Shown: positions 57,254-64,000 of the stretch, piece after piece
Layout of the letters: each line of letters begins with the position of its first letter
Position numbering within the stretch: the first letter of the stretch is position 1
Source of the DNA: Spirochaetia bacterium
Lineage (GTDB): Bacteria; Spirochaetota; Spirochaetia; UBA9216
Reading direction: 5' to 3'
Length of the DNA: 64,000 nt
Assembly: GCA_963677925.2 (NCBI GenBank)
Contig: CAXXYH010000004.1
Span: 800,001 to 864,000 of the forward strand
The notes under the pieces: model-generated
Database searches by the model: none
Seen by the model: only the letters and a program-made list of their open reading frames with translations
What the model was told of the DNA's origin: nothing
Translations under genes and position numbers: made by a program

Positions 57254-58461
57254 TGAAAAAAGTTGCATATCTGTGCGGGGAATATCCCAGAGCAACAGAT
57301 ACATTCATAAGACGTGAGGTTTTTGCTTTACGCAATAAGGGGTTTGACGTTTCAACTATCTCTATACGACGACCGTCGGTCAGAGAGCAGGGAACGCATG
57401 AGCTGGAATCAGAAAGGCGAACTACACATTACCTGCTGCCTTGTAAACCTGTTACATTGGTAATCATTCATTTTGCTTTGTTATTTAAACTGCCGTCAAG
57501 ATATTTTAAAGCTTTAAAATTGGCATTAACTGTAAGATCGCCGGGCTTAAGGGCATTTTTATACCAGTTGTTCTATTTTGCTGAAGCGGGTCTTTTAGTG
57601 CAGCATTTAAAGAAAAACGGTGTTTCACATATTCATAATCATGCTCCTGATGCCTGCGGATATGTTGCTATGATAGCTTCAGAACTTGGAGGATTTACCT
57701 ATAGTATGACATTGCATGGCTTCGGAATTTTTTCTGAACCGCAGAAGTGGAGATTGCGTGAAAAGATTGAACGCGCATTGTTTGTTATCTGTATTAGTAA
57801 GCATGGTGTTAGCCAGGCAATGTTATGGTCGGAGCGTAAAAACTGGTCCAAGATTCATGTTGTTCATTGCGGGGTTGAAAATAAAGCTGAATTATTGATG
57901 CCAAACTCTAATGGACAGGGTGTGAATGTTCTCTTTGTCGGTAGATTAGATCATGTAAAAGGTCTTCCTAATTTAATAGAAGCGATAGAAATTTTATCTT
58001 TATCAGGTCAGGAGATACATCTTCATATAGCTGGAGATGGTCCTGAAAAGAACGATCTTGAGATTTTAATCAGTGAGAAAGGGCTTGAGGATCAAGTTAC
58101 TATGCATGGTTATAAAGCGCAGTCAGAGTTGAAATCTTTATATTCAGAAGCAGATATTTTTGTAATTACTAGCTTTTACGAAGGTATACCTGTCGTTCTT
58201 ATGGAGGCTATGTCTTATGGTGTGCCTGTAATAGCCCCCAGAATTACCGGAATACCTGAGTTGGTGCAGGATGGGGTGAGTGGGATGCTTACTACTCCTG
58301 GAGATGCTTTAGAACTTGCTGAATCTATTAGAATATTGCTTAAAGATCCAAAATACCGTGAAAATTTAGCCGTAGAAGGAATAAAGAAGGTTCAAAAAGA
58401 TTTCGATCTGAATACTGAAACAGAACGGCTGATGGGCATTATGCAAAGATATCTTGGATGA
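57253..58461 (+). CDS. Glycosyltransferase family 4 (WcaL-like)
   Basis: TDTFIRREV, VGRLDHVKG, EGIPVVLMEAM. Confidence 0.9.
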   Translation: MKKVAYLCGEYPRATDTFIRREVFALRNKGFDVSTISIRRPSVREQGTHELESERRTTHYLLPCKPVTLVIIHFALLFKLPSRYFKALKLALTVRSPGLRAFLYQLFYFAEAGLLVQHLKKNGVSHIHNHAPDACGYVAMIASELGGFTYSMTLHGFGIFSEPQKWRLREKIERALFVICISKHGVSQAMLWSERKNWSKIHVVHCGVENKAELLMPNSNGQGVNVLFVGRLDHVKGLPNLIEAIEILSLSGQEIHLHIAGDGPEKNDLEILISEKGLEDQVTMHGYKAQSELKSLYSEADIFVITSFYEGIPVVLMEAMSYGVPVIAPRITGIPELVQDGVSGMLTTPGDALELAESIRILLKDPKYRENLAVEGIKKVQKDFDLNTETERLMGIMQRYLG

Positions 58462-58483
58462 TATATAAGGAATAAAATCATAT

Positions 58484-59518
58484 ATGTCTATCAAGAGTAT
58501 AATAAGAAAAAAGGTAGGTCCTCTTCTACAAAAGGCTGGGTATAGAACCGGGCTCATGTGGCTTTTGTCTAAAATTTATAAAAAAGAGGGTGCTATTATT
58601 TTAATGTATCACAGTGTTGCTGATAATAGCTTTTCTGAGTGGATAGACCCTGCTAACCATGTACCTGCAGATGTTTTTAAACAGCAGATGGAATTTCTGT
58701 CAAAGTATCGTAATGTTATATCATTATCAGAATTGGTTTTGTTGCTACAGGAGGGGAAGAATCCGCCTGCTAATACTGTTGTAATTACTTTTGATGATGG
58801 ATATCTTGACAATCTCACTATAGCAGCGCCAGTACTTGACCAATTTAAGTTAACGGCTACTCTTTTTCTGCCGACCGGTTATATTGAACGGGGAGAAACC
58901 CAATGGGTTGATCAGGTTTATTCTATATTTAAATATCGTTCAGTTAATAAAATATTATGGGGTATAAAGACTCCGGAATTATTTAATCTGAATGAGCCCG
59001 AACAGTTAAAAAAGCTATACAGAAGTGTTTGTAGTGAATTGATAACTTCAGATGTTGTTAATCGTAAAGATTTTTTACAAAAACTGTCAGAAGTACTGAT
59101 GCCTATTTCAGCTCCGCCTCGTCTTACAATGAACTGGGATGAGGTTAATCATCTGATTTCAGATTATAATTGTTTTGAGATAGGCGCGCACACTCGTGAA
59201 CATACTGATTTAACAAGTATTCCGATTCAGGAAGCTGAAGTGGAGCTGTCAGAATGCAGAAACATTATAAAAAATAAAATTAATTGCGAACCGTATCTTT
59301 TCTCATTCTGCTATGGTCGAACATCTGAAGAATTAAGGAAAGTTGCAAGGCTGGAAGGCTTTTATGCGGCTTGTGGCGGTGAAGGTTTGGATCCTGTTAT
59401 TCAAATGGGTGCAGATCTTTTTCGTCTACCGCGGATTGCAGGTCCTTCAAGAATGGAATATTTTGATATGAAGATTAATTATCAAAATACCGGGGTATGG
59501 AGAAAACTGGAGAGGTAA
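58484..59518 (+). CDS. Polysaccharide deacetylase
   Basis: ILMYHSV, ITFDDGYLDN, IGAHTREH. Confidence 0.88.
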   Translation: MSIKSIIRKKVGPLLQKAGYRTGLMWLLSKIYKKEGAIILMYHSVADNSFSEWIDPANHVPADVFKQQMEFLSKYRNVISLSELVLLLQEGKNPPANTVVITFDDGYLDNLTIAAPVLDQFKLTATLFLPTGYIERGETQWVDQVYSIFKYRSVNKILWGIKTPELFNLNEPEQLKKLYRSVCSELITSDVVNRKDFLQKLSEVLMPISAPPRLTMNWDEVNHLISDYNCFEIGAHTREHTDLTSIPIQEAEVELSECRNIIKNKINCEPYLFSFCYGRTSEELRKVARLEGFYAACGGEGLDPVIQMGADLFRLPRIAGPSRMEYFDMKINYQNTGVWRKLER

Positions 59519-59525
59519 ATGTTAT

Positions 59526-60104
59526 ATGTTTAGAAAAGCTATTTTAGTCTTGAAAAGAATATATAAAAGGTTTCGAGATGCTTATAGGAAAAGGTTTAGA
59601 CAGCAGAATTTTATTTTTCAACATAAGGGCCCTTTTTCTTCTGAAAGAAGAACTGATTGCGTAATAAAAAGTTTCCGCTCAAAAGCAGATGTTCCTGAAT
59701 CAGTTAAGGCGGATCTTCTTCGTAATGGAGGTAAAAAGACGTGGGAAATAAATGAAATGGAAATTGATGAAAATGCTGTTTTCTGGGTAGCTTTTAAAGA
59801 TAAGCATGTTGTCTCTACAGTTTTTACACGAAGAGGAATGTGCTATAAAAATTGGTTTTTACCATTAAACCCGGAAGATGTTGTTGTTTTCAGATTAGGT
59901 ACTTTCCCTGAATTTAGGGGAAGGGGGTTTGCTCCATCTTTAATCAGGCAAGCGATTTATGAAACATTAAAAGATTCTTCTGGTCATGCATATATCGATT
60001 GTCGAACATATAATAAATCATCAATAAATTGTATAAAGAAAGTAGGGTTTAATTGTATTGCCAAAATGAAGACTATTAGTCGTGACTGGGCATTATATGG
60101 TTGA
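59526..60104 (+). CDS. GNAT N-acetyltransferase
   Basis: TFPEFRGRGFA, NKSS...KVGF. Confidence 0.8.
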   Translation: MFRKAILVLKRIYKRFRDAYRKRFRQQNFIFQHKGPFSSERRTDCVIKSFRSKADVPESVKADLLRNGGKKTWEINEMEIDENAVFWVAFKDKHVVSTVFTRRGMCYKNWFLPLNPEDVVVFRLGTFPEFRGRGFAPSLIRQAIYETLKDSSGHAYIDCRTYNKSSINCIKKVGFNCIAKMKTISRDWALYG

Positions 60105-61053
60105 TATGTATAAAGGTGACCATGCAGTTTCTGCAAAAATTACTATTATTATAGTATCTTTTCAATCTGTTGATTTCATTGGTGATAATTTAGCAAAGCT
60201 TGAAAAACCAATATTAGAAAAATTAGTTAAAGTAATTGTCGTTGATAATAGTAGCACAGATGGTACCGCAGACTTTGTGGAAAAAAGATATCCCCATGTG
60301 AAATTGATACGAAATCAGATTAATATTGGTTTTGGACGAGGGTGCAATTGTGGTTTTTCTTATGCCGATACACCTTATGTTTTATTGATAAATCCTGATG
60401 CCGTTATAGATGAGGTTTCGTTAAAGAAGTTACTTTCTTTTATGGACTCCAAGCCTGAGACGGGAATATGCGGACCTGCAGTCATAGATGAATCCGGTGC
60501 TATTCAGCCTTCAGGTGCATCAGCAAAACCATGGAAAGTAATATTAAAACCCCTTTTCCCGGGATTGGCTGTAAAGGGCATGCGTAATATAATGCCGGGA
60601 GAACCACCGCGGCAAACAGACTGGATTTGTGGTTCAATTATGATGTTGAGAAGCAGAATGATCGAAGAGATTGGTGGTTTTGATCCGAGGTTCTTTTTGT
60701 ATTTTGAAGAAACCGATTTGCATCTGAGAGCAAAGAAGGCTGGATGGCAGATATGGACTGTTGGTGAAGCTGTGGGTGGTCATATTAATGCCGCATCGGC
60801 AAAAGCTACATCTGAAGACATGATTTGGGGTACTATATCTGAACATTATTTTAAAAGTCGATTTTACTTTTTCAGGAAACATTATGGTCTGATTCCAGCT
60901 GTTTTAGCCGATGTCGGTGAATTATTTGCTATGTTTATACGTTATCTTTTATCTACTGTCAGAGGAAAAAAATATAAAATTATTAGACAAAGATTACGAT
61001 CCCCTATCATGAAATCTCCGGATATTCCTGAGTCAAATAATGGGGGCTGTTAA
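60082..61053 (+). CDS. Glycosyltransferase family 2 (rhamnosyltransferase-like)
   Basis: VVDNSSTDG, NIGFGRGCN, LINPD, FFLYFEETD; true start probably 60097 or 60106. Confidence 0.88.
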   Translation: MTGHYMVDMYKGDHAVSAKITIIIVSFQSVDFIGDNLAKLEKPILEKLVKVIVVDNSSTDGTADFVEKRYPHVKLIRNQINIGFGRGCNCGFSYADTPYVLLINPDAVIDEVSLKKLLSFMDSKPETGICGPAVIDESGAIQPSGASAKPWKVILKPLFPGLAVKGMRNIMPGEPPRQTDWICGSIMMLRSRMIEEIGGFDPRFFLYFEETDLHLRAKKAGWQIWTVGEAVGGHINAASAKATSEDMIWGTISEHYFKSRFYFFRKHYGLIPAVLADVGELFAMFIRYLLSTVRGKKYKIIRQRLRSPIMKSPDIPESNNGGC

Positions 61054-62170
61054 TTTGGCTGAAAAAAATAAAGTCATTGGATACGGTGCTGAATTATTTA
61101 TGCGGCGCTCTGAGGATTTGATTGAATTTAAATCTGATAGAAAGCTGCCCGATAATTCTTTGCCCCCCTATAAATTTGCATATTCAAGAACCGCATTGAA
61201 ATTTGGATTAATAGCAGCTGGTGTCGTTTATGGTGATAGTATCCTGGTTCCCGGCTTTATCTGTGAATCTGCATTAGAGCCCTTCGAGGAACTAAATATT
61301 AAACCTATATTTTATCCGGTTAATGAAAAGCTTGAACCGGTTTGGTCAAAACTTAAAGGGTTATTAAGAAGTAATACAAAAGCTTTTATGATTGTTCACT
61401 ATTTTGGACAACCACAGAGCCTCGATGATTGTTTAACTTTCTGTGAAGAAAATTCTGTTTTGCTAATAGAAGATAATGCACATGGATACGGCAGTATGAT
61501 TCATGGAAAGCTACTCGGAACCTTTGGGGCTATAGGATTCTGTTCCCCTAGAAAAAGTTTTCCGATAAAAAATGGTGCTTATTTATATTTATCCGATAAT
61601 CTTAAGATTAATCCGGAGTTGTTAACACTTATGCCCGGACGTGAAATCTCAAAAAAGGATGTTTTAAAAAAATTACCTGTATTAAAAACGATATTAAAAC
61701 ATAGAGTCAATATTAGAAAATATATGAATCGTAAGAATTCTTCTACGTCATACGGCTCTCAGGAATTATTCAGAGATGCTCCCATAAATAATAATTATGG
61801 AATGGATTATAGTTATGACATTTTAATTCAACACCAGGATCTGGAATTGATAAAACATCAACGTCGTTCTATTTATAACTTGTGGTTAAATTGGGCTGTT
61901 AATGCAGGGCTACAACCAGTATTCCATGAATTAAATGAAGGTGCTGTACCTCTGGTCTTTCCTGCATTCACTGAATCAGCAGCTGAAAGTATCAAATGGT
62001 TTGAGCGTGGTCATCGTATGGGGGTGGATATACATTCCTGGCCGACGTTACCAATCGAAATTGTAGAGAAAAACGGAGAGGAAATGCGTCTTTGGGAGCG
62101 TTTGCTCTGTTTTCCGATTCATCAGAATATGAATCCTGATTCTTTAAAAAAACGAATTCATTTACTATAG
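61040..62170 (+). CDS. DegT/DnrJ/EryC1-like PLP-dependent protein
   Basis: VHYFG, IEDNAH, SPRKSF, LCFPIHQ. Confidence 0.78.
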   Translation: MGAVNLAEKNKVIGYGAELFMRRSEDLIEFKSDRKLPDNSLPPYKFAYSRTALKFGLIAAGVVYGDSILVPGFICESALEPFEELNIKPIFYPVNEKLEPVWSKLKGLLRSNTKAFMIVHYFGQPQSLDDCLTFCEENSVLLIEDNAHGYGSMIHGKLLGTFGAIGFCSPRKSFPIKNGAYLYLSDNLKINPELLTLMPGREISKKDVLKKLPVLKTILKHRVNIRKYMNRKNSSTSYGSQELFRDAPINNNYGMDYSYDILIQHQDLELIKHQRRSIYNLWLNWAVNAGLQPVFHELNEGAVPLVFPAFTESAAESIKWFERGHRMGVDIHSWPTLPIEIVEKNGEEMRLWERLLCFPIHQNMNPDSLKKRIHLL

Positions 62171-62177
62171 GAAAAGA

Positions 62178-63251
62178 ATGAAGTATTATGTGATTAAAGC
62201 TGATAATATGACTTCCGAACATTACAAACAGTGGTTGCTGATTCAGGAAAAATATGAGTATCTGGCCAACCCCTATTTTCATCCGGAGTTTACACGTGCT
62301 GTAGCACATGTTAGAACTGACGTGTATGTTGGAATAATTGAAGATAATGGAGTAATAGTTGGTTTTTTTCCTTTTCATAGAAGCCGTAGTGGAAGAGCAA
62401 GACCTCTTGGACTTGCATTATCGGATTATCATGGGGTTGTTGCTCCGCCAGATTTAAAATTTTCTGTTGCTGATTTAATGTCAAGCTGTAAGCTTACTAG
62501 ATGGGATTTCGACCATCTTATATCGGCACAAGAACCCTTTTTAGATTATCATGAAGAATTATTTAATTCTCCGATAATTCAGGTTTCCGAAGGATTTGAA
62601 AGTTTTAAAGCTCAGCTGAACGCCTCCGGAAGAAAACAGCTTAAGGAAGCTGAGAGAAAGAATCAAAAGCTTGAAGAAGAAATCGGTCCCGTAAGATTTA
62701 CAAAACACTCTTCAGAAAAAGCAATATTAAATACTCTCATGCAATGGAAATCTGAGCAATGTCAAAGAACAGGGACTGTTGATTATTTTTCTATTGAATG
62801 GTGTGTAAGGCTGATTGAATATCTACATTCTAATAGAAGTGATAATTTCGGAGGAATGTTATCTTGCCTGTATGCAGGAAAAACCCTAGCAGCCGTACAT
62901 TTTTCACTGTACTCAAGTTCTGTTTGGCATTCCTGGTTTCCTTCATATAATCATGAATTAGAATCATATTCTCCGGGGTCCATTCTATTATATAAAATGA
63001 TTGAAGAAGCTGCTAAGAATAGGGTTCAATATATCGATCTGGGAAAAGGAATGTCTTTATATAAAAAAAGAGTAATGACAGGAAGTATTTCTATAGCAGA
63101 TGGCTGTGTCATTATGCCTTCGTTTAGTAACAAATTGGCAGGAATTAAGAATTCTATTGAATTCTGGGCAAAAGGATCTTTATTTAAACCGGTTCTTAGA
63201 ATCCCCGGTAAAATCATTAAAAATATTGAAAGAGAAAAAAGATACAAATGA
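62178..63251 (+). CDS. GNAT (CelD/BcsL-like) acetyltransferase
   Basis: NPYFHPEF, SDYHG, YSPGSILL, IDLGKG...YKK. Confidence 0.82.
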   Translation: MKYYVIKADNMTSEHYKQWLLIQEKYEYLANPYFHPEFTRAVAHVRTDVYVGIIEDNGVIVGFFPFHRSRSGRARPLGLALSDYHGVVAPPDLKFSVADLMSSCKLTRWDFDHLISAQEPFLDYHEELFNSPIIQVSEGFESFKAQLNASGRKQLKEAERKNQKLEEEIGPVRFTKHSSEKAILNTLMQWKSEQCQRTGTVDYFSIEWCVRLIEYLHSNRSDNFGGMLSCLYAGKTLAAVHFSLYSSSVWHSWFPSYNHELESYSPGSILLYKMIEEAAKNRVQYIDLGKGMSLYKKRVMTGSISIADGCVIMPSFSNKLAGIKNSIEFWAKGSLFKPVLRIPGKIIKNIEREKRYK

Positions 63252-64000
63252 TAAAAATAAAAATAAGATCTATTTTTGATAATTTCGCCAGATTCTCTGG
63301 CTTGCTTCAATGTTATGAGAAAAGAATGAAAGGTCGGTTAACTATTTTAATGTATCATAGAGTTCTTCCAGGTGAATTATGCAAAAACTACCCTCTGCAA
63401 TCACTTGTTATTCCCTCAGAAGTCTTTAATGCTCAAATGGAATATTTAGCTGAGAATTATACTGTTTTGCCAATCAGCGAGGCATTGATGCTCTTAAATA
63501 ATAAAGAGTCGACGAAAAAGCCGATTGTATCAGTAACTTTTGACGACGGATATGAAGATAATTATACAATTGCAGCACCTATTCTTGAAAAAATCGGAGT
63601 TAAAGGCACATTTTTTATAACAAGCGGATTTGTCATTGAGCGTTCTCCTCAATGGTTTGACAGAGCAGCATTACTTAATCTGGTTAGGAATGATTCCGTA
63701 GATATATCAGTATGGATGGAGAATTTAAAAAGAATGCCTTCGAGACAACGAATGGATTTCATTGAGAAATTAGAAAATTCTCTAAGTTATTCTTTGGATT
63801 ATTCTAATTTCTTGCCGATGACAAAGAAGCAGATAAAGGAGCTGGATGACCGGGGGCATGAGATTGCTTCGCATACTGTATCACATCAGATAGTTACTCA
63901 ATTGGATAATGAAACGTTAGTAAGAGAATTGGATGACTCTGCTGCTGCAATACAGTCATGGATTGGTCATGAGATCACTGGGTTTTGTTATCCTAATGGA
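63248..64000 (+). CDS. Polysaccharide deacetylase, runs off window end
   Basis: Manual translation MIKIKIRS...ILMYHRV...VTFDDGYEDN...HEIASHT...FCYPNG. Confidence 0.85.
   Translation, partial: MIKIKIRSIFDNFARFSGLLQCYEKRMKGRLTILMYHRVLPGELCKNYPLQSLVIPSEVFNAQMEYLAENYTVLPISEALMLLNNKESTKKPIVSVTFDDGYEDNYTIAAPILEKIGVKGTFFITSGFVIERSPQWFDRAALLNLVRNDSVDISVWMENLKRMPSRQRMDFIEKLENSLSYSLDYSNFLPMTKKQIKELDDRGHEIASHTVSHQIVTQLDNETLVRELDDSAAAIQSWIGHEITGFCYPNG

Larger units (their letters stand above)
47263..64000. other. AT-rich exopolysaccharide biosynthesis locus
   Basis: Contiguous export, regulatory, transferase and modification genes; visibly AT-richer than the first 47 kb. Confidence 0.8.

Noticed and set aside
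2850-63310. Many antisense or out-of-frame ORFs in the track (for example 2850-3602, 15788-16432, 38336-38899, 45659-46183)
   Set aside because: They overlap well-supported genes and show no recognisable motifs.
1-64000. rRNA, tRNA, CRISPR arrays, transposases, prophage genes
   Set aside because: None recognised by eye; tRNAscan-SE, Rfam and ISEScan runs would be needed to exclude them formally.

Overview
Bacterial chromosomal window, probably from a free-living anaerobic spirochaete (inferred from gene repertoire, not verified). Bases 1-47 kb are a moderately GC-rich backbone. It carries nfeD (partial), a lipoprotein, an Rrf2-led five-gene operon, an orphan Cys-rich histidine kinase, cvfB, a sigma54/PspF-type pspABC module, polB, two ABC-2 exporters, sbcDC, an HD-GYP protein, cysQ, pstC-pstA-pstB-phoU-phoB-phoR (no pstS), higBA, pyrG, a small RiPP-like peptide gene with an ABC exporter, an MFS permease and gnd-pgl-zwf. 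Bases 47.2-64 kb are a visibly AT-richer exopolysaccharide locus with a LuxR/PilZ regulatory head. The most striking unexplained signal is a ~145-nt three-hairpin intergenic element present three times (21337-21485 +, 31668-31812 -, 36601-36744 +). The copies share near-identical geometry and loop/linker motifs, but their stem sequences are unrelated and still pair. Other highlights are the permease-less Rrf2 operon (a possible cytoplasmic metal-cluster machine), the Asn/Gly-rich RiPP-like precursor, a PstA with PstS-like inserts, and many apparently leaderless genes. All calls come from manual reading; no searches were run.
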